From: an uncultured delta proteobacterium
GTDB taxonomy: Bacteria > Myxococcota_A > Polyangia > Polyangiales > Polyangiaceae
DNA length: 64,000 bases
Direction of reading: 5' to 3'
Assembly (NCBI GenBank): GCA_963841435.1
Contig: CAWJCS010000005.1
Coordinates: forward strand, 1,440,001 to 1,504,000
The notes beneath the pieces were generated by a model. It was given only the letters and a program-made list of their open reading frames with translations. It did no database searches and was not told the DNA's origin. The position numbers and the translations under genes are program-made. Of this stretch, positions 53,056 through 63,083 are shown piece after piece. How positions within the stretch are numbered: the first letter of the stretch is position 1; every line of letters starts with the position of its first letter.

Positions 53056-53138
53056 GAACGGAGGGTACCATCTCCCGGCGCCCGCGCGGAGCGTCAGGGC
53101 TCTTGCCCCGTGATCCGCGAAGTGTCATCCTTCCGACG

Positions 53139-54731
53139 ATGGGCAGAGTCTTCGGCTGGGGGTTCTGGGCCGTGCTCTCGAGTCTCTTCACCCTCGGGTG
53201 CAATGGCGAACCGGCGGCGGAGAACCCTCGCGCAAAGTGGCTCGAGGAGTGTTTCACGAACGAAGATTGTGGGAGCACCGGGTCGTGCCTTTGCGGTCGC
53301 TGTACCGTCTCGTGCGCCGATTCGTGTGAGAACGGACCAGCGGGTTCGGCGTGCACGCGCACGTCCGGTTGCGGAACCGTCGAGTCCGGCGTTTGCGTGA
53401 GCCGATGCCTTCGGACGCTCGATTGCGCCGAGGGGCTCGAGTGCAAAGGCGGCCTCTGCACGGCGCACAGCGTTGACGAGGCGGATGCGGGCGCACCCGA
53501 CGCGGAGGCGCTTCCGGGCCTCCTTTCCACGGGCACGGACGGCGCGTGGGCTCGCACGCTCCGGGGCTACTACCGCACGCCACCTGGCTTTTGGGCGCAC
53601 GCCCTATACGACACACCGCCGTTCATGGCCCCGGGCCCGGACGGCGATCTGATCGTCCTGCTCCCGTCCGAAGTCGCTCTCCAAAAGGGGAGCGACGTAA
53701 TGTACGTGACGGACGACTGGCTCGCGCGCCTCGACGGCGAGACGGGCCGCGTCGAGTGGTTCGAAAGCGTCCCGAGCAACGCGAAAATGGCGGTCGACCC
53801 GAGCGGCAACGTCATCCTTGCCTGGCCGGCGCTGCTTCAGAAGCTCGATCCCGACGGTAACCTCGTCTGGCTCAAAGAGCGCGCGCCACAGGTCGTCTAC
53901 GACCTCGTCGCCGTCGCTGTCGACGGCGACGGCAACGTCATCGACGCGCGCCTCTCGGACACGGAGAGCCCCAGCACGATCGGCGCCAACCCGAGGGGCA
54001 TCATCGAGCTCGAAAAGCTCGACCCCAACGGAAACGAAGTCTTCTCCAGGACCATCGGTCCCGGCCAAGGCCTGCTCGACCTTCCGTTCGTCACCACCGA
54101 CGCGTCCAACGACGTTGTCCTCCTCGTCGGCGTCGTTGAACGCGGCGCTGATTTCGGCGGAGGCGTGCTCGATGGGTACAACGTTCTCGCCAAGTACGAT
54201 CCGGACGGACAGCACGTCTTTAGCAAGGCCCTCGGCGGCTATCCCGAGCCTTACTACATCAACAATCCGCTCCACACGACGCCGCAGGGGAACATCGTCT
54301 GCTTGAGCGGCAGCATCGATCCCGTCGACATCGGGCTCGGGGAGATTTCCTGCGCCCAGTACCTGTTCGAACTCGACGGCGCGGGCGCGCCGGTCTCGAG
54401 CCGGTGCGTTTTGATGGACGACCTCGCCCCGCTGCCGGGCGGCGGCATCTCCACGGTTTACCGACTCTTCGACCCGATCCCGGTCGGCGACGACCAGTGC
54501 AACCCCCCTGACTTCGTGGGCGGCGGGGGCCTCCTCGCCCACTACGACCAGGACTTCAACCTGGTCGGGCACTACTGCAATTCGGACATGGGCGCCGCCG
54601 CACACGGGGTGCTCCCCGCTCCGGCCGGCCATGTCTTCCTCTCCGGCAGTGGTTCCATCGCCGGCCAATTGCCCGGTGGCATCGAGCTCGCCGAAGGCGG
54701 GCTGCTAGTGGCGAAGGTTCCGGTTCCCTGA
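53139..54731 (+). CDS. Lipoprotein with Cys-rich N-domain and beta-propeller repeats
   Basis: TLGC lipobox; AVDxxGNV and KLDPDG repeats. Confidence 0.78.
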   Translation: MGRVFGWGFWAVLSSLFTLGCNGEPAAENPRAKWLEECFTNEDCGSTGSCLCGRCTVSCADSCENGPAGSACTRTSGCGTVESGVCVSRCLRTLDCAEGLECKGGLCTAHSVDEADAGAPDAEALPGLLSTGTDGAWARTLRGYYRTPPGFWAHALYDTPPFMAPGPDGDLIVLLPSEVALQKGSDVMYVTDDWLARLDGETGRVEWFESVPSNAKMAVDPSGNVILAWPALLQKLDPDGNLVWLKERAPQVVYDLVAVAVDGDGNVIDARLSDTESPSTIGANPRGIIELEKLDPNGNEVFSRTIGPGQGLLDLPFVTTDASNDVVLLVGVVERGADFGGGVLDGYNVLAKYDPDGQHVFSKALGGYPEPYYINNPLHTTPQGNIVCLSGSIDPVDIGLGEISCAQYLFELDGAGAPVSSRCVLMDDLAPLPGGGISTVYRLFDPIPVGDDQCNPPDFVGGGGLLAHYDQDFNLVGHYCNSDMGAAAHGVLPAPAGHVFLSGSGSIAGQLPGGIELAEGGLLVAKVPVP

Positions 54732-54849
54732 AGGGACGCGGCCTAGGGCCACGGGCAAGGCCTGGGAAGGACCGTCGACGAGTCGCATTCCTGGAGGCTC
54801 ACAGAGGCAAGGTCGAAAGGCCAAGCCTCACCCGGCTCCCCGGGCGCAA

Positions 54850-56286
54850 TCAAAACTGACTGAAGAAGTTCCAGACCTCTTGATAAACCCAGCTGTTCCC
54901 TGACTGGCCGTTGTCCGGATCCGGCGTGTGGTCACCGTTGAAGGAGCAAAATCGTTCCGGGTAGCCCGTCATGCACCCCATTTCGTCGGTGCACATGTGC
55001 TGACCGCTGTTGACCGCCGTGGGCGTCATCCAGTTGCAGCCGTTGGCCGTGGCGAAGTTCTGAGCCAATCCAACCCCGCTGCTGTAGTTCAGCACCGAGT
55101 CATGGGTCCCGTGCGAGGCGAAGAAAGCGACGGGCTTGGAGGGAGTGCAGTTGCCGCTGAGCTGAGCTCCCGAGTAGACGGCGATGGCGCGGACGAATCC
55201 GTTGCCGCCGCCACTCAGCGGCCTCTCGCAAGCCGTTTTGTACGACATGCTGCCGCCGTAGCTCCAACCCGTCGCAAAGATTCGATTCGTGTCGACGCAG
55301 AAATTGGTTTCGATTTGAGCCACCACCGCATCCGCCAGAGCGATGTCCGAGTTGCTCGGGTTCGGCCAGCCGCAGCCCCCCTCGCCATTTCCGGTCCCCG
55401 AACAGGGCGAGTTGTTCTGCTGCCCGTTCGGGGCCACGAAGATCGTCGTGTTGTTGGATAGGTTGAGGAGGTGATAGTAGCCGTTCGCGTACATCTGCTT
55501 GTCGTTTCCATTGAGCTGGTGAAACGCGATGATGAGCTTGTACGGCTTGCTGTTGTCGTAGTTGGTCGGCACGTTGAGGATGTACCGGCGTTGCATGTTG
55601 GCGGCCGTGATCGAGATGGTCTGGCCGTTGTTGTACATGCCGCTCGCGATGCCGGGCATCTTGCCGCAGCCTGCCGACATGCCGGAGCTCATCCCGCCGG
55701 TTCCTCCCGCTCCGGCCCCGCTGGCGCCACCTGCGCCGCCACCAGCTTGTCCGGCAGCGCCGCCCTTGCCCGCGGCGCCGCTCACGCCTCCAGCGCCAGC
55801 ACCTCCGGCGCCGGCGTTGCCGGCGTTGCCCCCGTCCGATCCCGCCATGCCCGCCCCACCCAAGCCGGCAGCACCTGCGAAGCCGCTCGCGCCGGCGGCA
55901 CCTGCGAAGCCGCTCGCGCCGGCGGCACCTGCGAAGCCGCTCGCGCCGGCGGCACCTGCGAAGCCGCTCGCGCCGGCGGCACCTGCGAAGCCGCTCGCGC
56001 CGGCAGCACCTGCGAAGCCGCTCGCGCCGGCAGCACCTGCAAGGCCGCTCGCGCCAGCGATTCCACTCGATCCACTCGCGCCGCCGGTTCCACTCGAACC
56101 GCTCGCGCCGCCCGTCCCGCCCGAAACAATCGAGCCGGCCGTTCCGCCCGTCCCCGCTTGACCGGAGCCGCTGCTTCCACCCGCAGCTTCGGAATCACCA
56201 GTACCGGACGAACTGCACCCAAATGCCACGGCGGCAGCAGCAGACCAGATTGTGAAGCGAGAAATCGACATGCGGGAACGCGTCAT
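54850..56286 (-). CDS. Secreted CE1/PHB-depolymerase-like esterase lipoprotein
   Basis: RIFATGWSYGG nucleophile, HGTHD, GDH; long Gly/Ala linker. Confidence 0.85.
   Translation of the reverse strand: MTRSRMSISRFTIWSAAAAVAFGCSSSGTGDSEAAGGSSGSGQAGTGGTAGSIVSGGTGGASGSSGTGGASGSSGIAGASGLAGAAGASGFAGAAGASGFAGAAGASGFAGAAGASGFAGAAGASGFAGAAGASGFAGAAGLGGAGMAGSDGGNAGNAGAGGAGAGGVSGAAGKGGAAGQAGGGAGGASGAGAGGTGGMSSGMSAGCGKMPGIASGMYNNGQTISITAANMQRRYILNVPTNYDNSKPYKLIIAFHQLNGNDKQMYANGYYHLLNLSNNTTIFVAPNGQQNNSPCSGTGNGEGGCGWPNPSNSDIALADAVVAQIETNFCVDTNRIFATGWSYGGSMSYKTACERPLSGGGNGFVRAIAVYSGAQLSGNCTPSKPVAFFASHGTHDSVLNYSSGVGLAQNFATANGCNWMTPTAVNSGQHMCTDEMGCMTGYPERFCSFNGDHTPDPDNGQSGNSWVYQEVWNFFSQF
55864..56052. repeat. 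27-bp tandem repeat, 7 copies
   Basis: GCCGGC(A/G)GCACCTGCGAAGCCGCTCGC units encoding AGAAGASGF. Confidence 0.9.
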
Positions 56287-56421
56287 TGGAAACCTCGTCG
56301 ATGCGGAGGCGGGCCAGAAGGGGCAGCCGCGGCGTGCTCCAGCGGCCAGGCCGCAGACGGAGAACGCTCACACGCAGGGATTCCCCGCACGGACGACAAT
56401 GATCACCACGCGCCCTGCGCC

Positions 56422-56443
56422 CAATAGGCCGATCTGCCTATTG
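56422..56443. promoter_or_regulatory. Palindrome between divergent genes
   Basis: CAATAGGC-N6-GCCTATTG. Confidence 0.45.
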
Positions 56444-56636
56444 CGTGCGACGACACGCGCGCCCTTGCGGAACGCTAGGTCGTACTGGTGCGAGGACGAC
56501 CTCAGGCTGTAGCGAGTGCGTGGTCAGCGCGAGTTTCGACACCTCCTGAGCGCTCTGCTATTCTCCGCGCATGCGGTGGAGGAGAGAGGACTCACGCACG
56601 CTCGAGGCTGCGCGCAGGGCACCGGCGAGCGCGAGG

Positions 56637-57461
56637 GTGCAGGTATCGATCGTGCTGGCGATCGCGGCGCTGTGCTCGTGTGGCGGTGACTCGAAAACGG
56701 AAGAACGGGGCACGCCCGCTTCGGGACCCGTCGCACGAGAGGATTTCCTCAGCCGTGCCGCGGCCGCAATCTGCGACAACATCGCTTCCTGCTGCTCGTC
56801 CGAAGGCTACGGGTTCAACCGGGCGGGCTGCGAGGCGAACGTCGATGCCACCATCCACATCGCGGATGTGCCGAACACGATTTGGAACGACGCCGCGGCG
56901 GAACCTTGCATCGACACACTCGCCGCCGAGGCAACGAGGTGCAGAATCGGCGCCGCTCACGTTAGGACGACCTGCAAGGCGATCCTCACGGGTACCCTTC
57001 CCGAAGGGGCACCGTGCACTTACGATGTCGAGTGCGCAGCGATCGACGGGGCGGAGGCCTTGTGCACCTTCGAGGGCTATTGCGCGAACCCCGAAGACGG
57101 CGCCCCGCTCCACGGCACCGTCGGAGACGGCTGCGACGGCACTTGCGAGGGCCTTGCTTGCGGCCCGTTCGGCGATCGCGAGCCGCTGGGGATCAGCTGC
57201 TTCACACAAGATGGAGTCGTCTGCAGCGGCACGCTCCGGACCTGCGTGAAAATGCCAAAGCTCGGGGAACCCTGCCCGGACGGCTGGTGCGACGTGGGTG
57301 CCTATTGCGACTCTGACGACTCGGTCTGCAAGACTCTACAGCCGGATGGCGCAAGCTGCGTGGGCGGCAGCCAGTGCAGTGCAGACAACTGCTACGAATC
57401 GGTCTGCGGCGGCGCCGAAGGGAGCCTCGCGAACCCGGACATCTGCGGCCAGGCGTCCTAG
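56637..57461 (+). CDS. Cys-rich lipoprotein
   Basis: Hydrophobic signal ending LCSC; many Cys; start uncertain. Confidence 0.72.
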   Translation: MQVSIVLAIAALCSCGGDSKTEERGTPASGPVAREDFLSRAAAAICDNIASCCSSEGYGFNRAGCEANVDATIHIADVPNTIWNDAAAEPCIDTLAAEATRCRIGAAHVRTTCKAILTGTLPEGAPCTYDVECAAIDGAEALCTFEGYCANPEDGAPLHGTVGDGCDGTCEGLACGPFGDREPLGISCFTQDGVVCSGTLRTCVKMPKLGEPCPDGWCDVGAYCDSDDSVCKTLQPDGASCVGGSQCSADNCYESVCGGAEGSLANPDICGQAS

Positions 57462-57532
57462 AGGGACGAAGGCTGAAGAAGCTCCCGCGGCGCTTGCCGC
57501 TCTCCGCGAGGGCGCGTAAGAGCGGGCTGACC

Positions 57533-58396
<864 letters not shown>

Positions 58397-58418
58397 GCGT
58401 GCGCTCGGGACGGACTCG

Positions 58419-59954
58419 ATGCGGTGGCTCGATCGACGGCCGAGCTTGCGGCGTGCCCTGGTGGGCGCGTCGTTGCTACCGGCTGTGTGGCAGCTCGCCA
58501 CGCTCGGATGGGTGATCGCGGGGCGGCTCGGCTACCCCCTAGAGCTCGAATGGCTCGAGGGGAGCCAGATCTATCACGCCGTGCGGTTGCTCCACGGCGA
58601 GGTGATCTATCGCCGTGGGGCGTCGGGGTTTCTGCCTCATCCGTATCCACCGCTGCACCCGGCACTGACGGCAGCGGTCGGTGCGGTTTGGGGATTGAGC
58701 TACACGTCGGCACGCGCGGTGTCGGTGGTCTGCTTTGCGGTGGCCGTGGGCACCGTGACGTGGCGAGCGCTCGTGCACTGGCCGCGGCGCGCGCGCGCCG
58801 TGGTCGCGCTCGTGAGCCTCGGCTACCTCGCCACGACGTATTCGATGGTGCACGCCTGGTACGACCTCGCGCGTGTGGACTCGATGGCCCTGGTTCTTTT
58901 CGTGCTCGCAGGCGCGTCGCTCGACCGAGGCGACGGCCCCGTTCGGACGACGCACCTGGTGCTGACCGGAGCGCTCGCCGCGCTTTCGCTCTCCGCGAAG
59001 CAGACCAACGTATTTTTCGTTGCCTGGCTCGGCCTGCATTCGATCGTGTGGGAACGCGGGCGGGCATGGCTTTTCATCGCAACGTTGGGCGCCGCGAGCG
59101 CCGGGGGCTTCGGGTGGCTCGAGTGGCGAACCGGCGGCGCGTTCGCGGACTGGCTGTTCGAGACGGCGCGCCACCCACTCGAGCTGCCGGCGTTCGCGGC
59201 ATTCGGGAAACAGCTGCTGATTTGCGCGCCGTTTCTGCTCGTCCTGCCGTTCGCGACGCGCCGGATGGCGGCGTCTGGAAAGCTCGGCCGGTCGAGCCGG
59301 TTGTGGCTGGGCATGTTGATCGCGGCGATACCGGCGTCCTTGTTGCCGTTCGTCAAGGTGGGCGGCGGCCAGCACAATCTGATGCCGCTCTTGTTTCTCG
59401 CCGGTCCCGTCACGCTGATGGTCGCGGGCGACGCTCTCTTCGAGGACCTTTCGGGTGGCGAGGGCGGAGTCGGGCTCGCGAGCACATCCGAAGCCTCGAA
59501 GCTCGTCGCGGTCGGCCTGGTCATGCAGGCTTTGGTCGCGTCCTTGCACCTGTACGGTCCAGACCGCTGCAGGCCGAGCGCGGAGGATCGTCGCTTGGCC
59601 GAGGCGCTGAATCGCAGGATTGCCGGGCTCGAGGGCGGCGTCATCTGTCCGCTCGATCCGTTTCTGCCCGTAGCGAATGGCAACCGCGCCGAGCAGGCGA
59701 GCTGGCTGTCGCATCTCGACGCGATCGTCGGACAGCGCCCCTCCGTGACGTTGGCATCGTACACGCGCTGGCTCCTCGAGGAGCGCCCTCGGTGGATCCT
59801 GCTCGCCGGGGTGTCGCAGGAAGCGGCCATCGTGCGGGCGATCGAGCCCGACTACGCGCTCGCGGAAGTGCTCCCCGCGCCGGCAGGGCCGCCCTGGCTC
59901 GGGCACCCGGTGCCGCACGAGCTCTATGAGCGGCGTGATCGCGGCAGCCCCTAG
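58419..59954 (+). CDS. Multi-pass membrane protein, GT-C/ArnT-like glycosyltransferase
   Basis: LEWLEG, YPPL, ARVD, AKQT; many TM helices. Confidence 0.72.
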   Translation: MRWLDRRPSLRRALVGASLLPAVWQLATLGWVIAGRLGYPLELEWLEGSQIYHAVRLLHGEVIYRRGASGFLPHPYPPLHPALTAAVGAVWGLSYTSARAVSVVCFAVAVGTVTWRALVHWPRRARAVVALVSLGYLATTYSMVHAWYDLARVDSMALVLFVLAGASLDRGDGPVRTTHLVLTGALAALSLSAKQTNVFFVAWLGLHSIVWERGRAWLFIATLGAASAGGFGWLEWRTGGAFADWLFETARHPLELPAFAAFGKQLLICAPFLLVLPFATRRMAASGKLGRSSRLWLGMLIAAIPASLLPFVKVGGGQHNLMPLLFLAGPVTLMVAGDALFEDLSGGEGGVGLASTSEASKLVAVGLVMQALVASLHLYGPDRCRPSAEDRRLAEALNRRIAGLEGGVICPLDPFLPVANGNRAEQASWLSHLDAIVGQRPSVTLASYTRWLLEERPRWILLAGVSQEAAIVRAIEPDYALAEVLPAPAGPPWLGHPVPHELYERRDRGSP

Positions 59955-59973
59955 CCGTCTTCGATGGCACCGC

Positions 59974-60420
59974 TCAAGGACCGTACAACAGCGGCTCCGG
60001 ACCGACGGCGGAGTGACAAGCATTGCAGTCGCCGTTCGGCGCGGGGTCGCGCATCGCGAGAGCGTCGCCCGTCGGACCGTAGACGACCGCGGTGAGCGGG
60101 GGCGTCAACCGAAAATGGCCGAAGAAGTTATCGAAGGCATTCGGCGCGGTATCGACGGAATGGCCTTCTCGGTCGGTGACGACGACGCGGGTGACGGGCG
60201 GCCCGGCGGGATCGATGGAGCCTGCCACGCTGAAGTCCGACTGGTGGCAGCAGAGGCAGGCAGTGCCGTAGCGCTGCTCGGCGCGGTCGCCGTCACGACA
60301 GCCGGGGGTCGGGCCATCGTCGAGCCATCTCGGCTCGTCGTCGCCGCTACACGCCGTCGCCGAGATACCGGCCGCCGTCACACCGACGAGAGCCCAGGCG
60401 AGACGCAGGCTCCCCGTCAC
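59974..60420 (-). CDS. Small diheme c-type cytochrome lipoprotein
   Basis: ATAC lipobox; CLCCH and CNACH. Confidence 0.8.
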   Translation of the reverse strand: MTGSLRLAWALVGVTAAGISATACSGDDEPRWLDDGPTPGCRDGDRAEQRYGTACLCCHQSDFSVAGSIDPAGPPVTRVVVTDREGHSVDTAPNAFDNFFGHFRLTPPLTAVVYGPTGDALAMRDPAPNGDCNACHSAVGPEPLLYGP

Positions 60421-61154
60421 TTAACCTCGAGCGTGAGCAGGGTGACGTCGCTGGTCACGCAGCCTTCGCTCGTGGCGGTGAGGTAGTAGTCGTAGCTGCC
60501 GGCCTCGGTGGGCGCTCGCAGCGTCGTGCCCCACGTGCCGTCGGGGAAGCCGGTGCCCTGGACGCCCGCCGACGGTGGGTCGAGAGCGCGGGAGCGTCGG
60601 CCCGCGGGATCGGTGACGATGACCTCTTCCGAGAGCGGGTCGGGGCCGTGATCGGGCGCGCCATGGTCGCCCTGCGTCACCGCTGCCGAGAGCGTGACCA
60701 TGGCTCCCGGTGCCACGCTCGCGGGGTCGAGCGTGGCGCCGGTGATGGTCGGCGGAACCTCTTCGTGCTGAAAGCCTTCCATGTTGACGGTGATCCCGAG
60801 GGGTTGATCGAGGTCCAGGCTTCGTGAGCCGTAGTAGTGGCCGTCGATGAACGTGTGGACGCCGATCGGGCCGGTCGGCAACGTCATGCTGAGAGTCCCT
60901 TCGTCCCCGGCGCGGGCGCCCCACACGTACGAGGGATTGCCGCGCGAAGGGTCCGGATTGGCGAGGTAGATGCCGCCTTGCTCGATGGCGACCACGGCAC
61001 CCGCGAGCGGTGTGTTCTGTCCGATGTCGAACACTTTGACGCGAAGCTCGACCGTATCGGGTGACCCGCATCCGACCACGGTGAGCGCTTGAGCCAGGAC
61101 GGCGGCGTTCCACCAGAGTCCCATCCGCCGAATCGGAAGATCGCGTCGTCTCAT
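60417..61154 (-). CDS. Lipoprotein with Ig/carboxypeptidase-regulatory-like beta domains
   Basis: VVGC lipobox; start and stop overlap both neighbours. Confidence 0.72.
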   Translation of the reverse strand: MRRRDLPIRRMGLWWNAAVLAQALTVVGCGSPDTVELRVKVFDIGQNTPLAGAVVAIEQGGIYLANPDPSRGNPSYVWGARAGDEGTLSMTLPTGPIGVHTFIDGHYYGSRSLDLDQPLGITVNMEGFQHEEVPPTITGATLDPASVAPGAMVTLSAAVTQGDHGAPDHGPDPLSEEVIVTDPAGRRSRALDPPSAGVQGTGFPDGTWGTTLRAPTEAGSYDYYLTATSEGCVTSDVTLLTLEVK

Positions 61155-61678
61155 CTCGAAGCTCCGGCATTTTGGGCGCGCCGACACCGGCGCCGGACTC
61201 TGGCCACGAACGGCGCGGCGAGCACCAAGACCAGCATGGCGGGGCCGCTGGAGCCGCCCGCCGGGCGCCGGCGCGTGCTGCAACCGTAGGTGGCGCAGAG
61301 AACGCCATCGCCGGTCTGATTGGGGTTCTTACCTTCGCGGAGCTCCGTGACGTCCGGCGTGCCGTCGCCATCGCTGTCGGCGGACCCCTGCTCGAGCGCG
61401 CCGAGCGCCGTGACGATCAGCTCGGGGTGCTTGCCTTCGAGCCCCATCGCCATCATCGCTTGCCCGAAAGGCCGGACGACGGTGCCCTTGCCGCCGCCGG
61501 TGTCGCGGTGGCACAGCGTGCATTGCGGCACGCAGGGCATGTCGAGCTGCTTCTGAACCTCGGCGGGGAAAGTGGGCGACGCGTGCGCCGGAGGAGCCCA
61601 CGACAGCGCGTGGAGCAGCGTCACGAAAGCGCCGAAGCTCGCGCCACGCGAAACCTGGAACGACAGCGAGGTGTTCAT
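61151..61678 (-). CDS. Monoheme cytochrome c with MYXO-CTERM-like anchor
   Basis: Signal AHA; CTLCH; DSDGDG loop; YGCS...MLVLVLAAPFVARVRRR. Confidence 0.78.
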   Translation of the reverse strand: MNTSLSFQVSRGASFGAFVTLLHALSWAPPAHASPTFPAEVQKQLDMPCVPQCTLCHRDTGGGKGTVVRPFGQAMMAMGLEGKHPELIVTALGALEQGSADSDGDGTPDVTELREGKNPNQTGDGVLCATYGCSTRRRPAGGSSGPAMLVLVLAAPFVARVRRRCRRAQNAGASR

Positions 61679-62880
61679 CACAAGAGCACGTGCAGCTGAG
61701 CGAGCAGCGTGAAGGGGTCGTCCTCGCGGAGAACGCCGTCGAGGCGGGCCTCCAGCTGCGGCAAGAAGAACCAATCCACCGTGAGCCAGCCGCCAAAACG
61801 GGGGCGGCCGAAGCCCGCGGCCAGGGGCGTGGTGTTGTACGGGTCGCCGCTGTCTCGGTAGCCGGCGTCGAGGATTTCGCCGGTGATCCCGAGATGCAGG
61901 CCCTGAATGAGCTCGTAGTCGAGCTGGGTGAACCCGACGTAGCCGGGGTCGTGGTGCGTGCGCAGAAGGAGATCGACTTCGGCGAGCACCATCAGCGGAG
62001 ACCACGGGACGATTCGCGCGAACACACCGTGCGCCTGTCGCGTCACGTTCGTCTCGAGCGATTGAAAGTCCGCCGCCGCATGCGTGACGAGGCTGCTCGC
62101 GCCCACGTCCAAGCCGTTGACGGCGTGACCTTCGGCGTAGGCCGAGTAGCCGCGCTCCCGCAACCCGTCGGGATGCAGCTGATAGTTGCCGAGGATCGCC
62201 AGGACCTCGCCCCTGAGCCTTTCGCCGCTGTAGGCGAGCGCGACACCGTGCTGCTGCGACGACTCGCGATCCGTGCGTGTGGCATCCCGGACCCACATCG
62301 TATGCTCCGGGATCCGCACGCCGAACGGCATTTCGAGACGGCCCGCGCGGACGGTGAATTCGCCGAAATCGGCGCCAATGAAGTGCGATCGGGAGATCAG
62401 GTTGAGCTGTCCCCCTTGGTTGCGGGTGATCTGAGCGCGGCGCGCGAAGCGGGAGCTCGCCGGCGCCTTCGCGACACCGATCGAGGCGGAGGCGCGCAGC
62501 CACCGCCAGCGTGCCTCGCCGTAAAGATCGGCTTGCATCGGGAACGTCGCCACGCGGCTGCCGAAGGCGAACAGCGTCATGTGCCGGTAGCTGCCGCCGA
62601 GCAGGAGCCAATCGGGGGGTGAAAGCACGCCCCAGAGCGGGTCGGTGTTGGGCTCCGCCTCCGAGGCGGACCCCGCGTAGTGCATCGTCAGGAGCAGGTC
62701 GTCCTGCGCCCGGCCGTAGCGCGTGAGCAGGCCCCCTCCCGAGGGATCGGCGTGGCAGGTCGCGCAGCCGACGTACGCGTGACGCGCCATCCATGGGTAC
62801 GCCTGCGCGTCGCGGCACCAGAGCAAAGCGACGAGCGGCACGACCAGCCAGAGGTGGTGCGGCCACGAGCGATGAGCCAT
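61678..62880 (-). CDS. Cytochrome c-porin fusion (Cyc2-like architecture)
   Basis: Signal AQA then YPWMARHAYVGCATCH...LTRYGR; amphipathic beta-strands to the C-terminus. Confidence 0.75.
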   Translation of the reverse strand: MAHRSWPHHLWLVVPLVALLWCRDAQAYPWMARHAYVGCATCHADPSGGGLLTRYGRAQDDLLLTMHYAGSASEAEPNTDPLWGVLSPPDWLLLGGSYRHMTLFAFGSRVATFPMQADLYGEARWRWLRASASIGVAKAPASSRFARRAQITRNQGGQLNLISRSHFIGADFGEFTVRAGRLEMPFGVRIPEHTMWVRDATRTDRESSQQHGVALAYSGERLRGEVLAILGNYQLHPDGLRERGYSAYAEGHAVNGLDVGASSLVTHAAADFQSLETNVTRQAHGVFARIVPWSPLMVLAEVDLLLRTHHDPGYVGFTQLDYELIQGLHLGITGEILDAGYRDSGDPYNTTPLAAGFGRPRFGGWLTVDWFFLPQLEARLDGVLREDDPFTLLAQLHVLL

Positions 62881-63083
62881 GACTCCTTTCAGTACCAACG
62901 GAACACGCTGGGCGGTGCGGGCGGCACGCCGACTCCGTACGACGCCCCCAGGCTGCGGTTTCAACCACCCGCTTTGCGCCTTCCGGCGGCCACCTGCAAA
63001 TTGGACCCGCGACGGTAACCGCCCAAGTCGGTTCGACGTAGGCGACCGGCTGCGCTCCATCCCCGCCGCTCGAGGAGGAATCG

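Noticed and set aside
54731-54849. c-di-GMP riboswitch or other structured RNA (GAGGC-aa-GGTC-GAAA-GGCC-aa-GCCTC hairpin)
   Set aside because: Lies between convergent 3' ends and the riboswitch elements are not in the expected order; more likely a terminator-type hairpin
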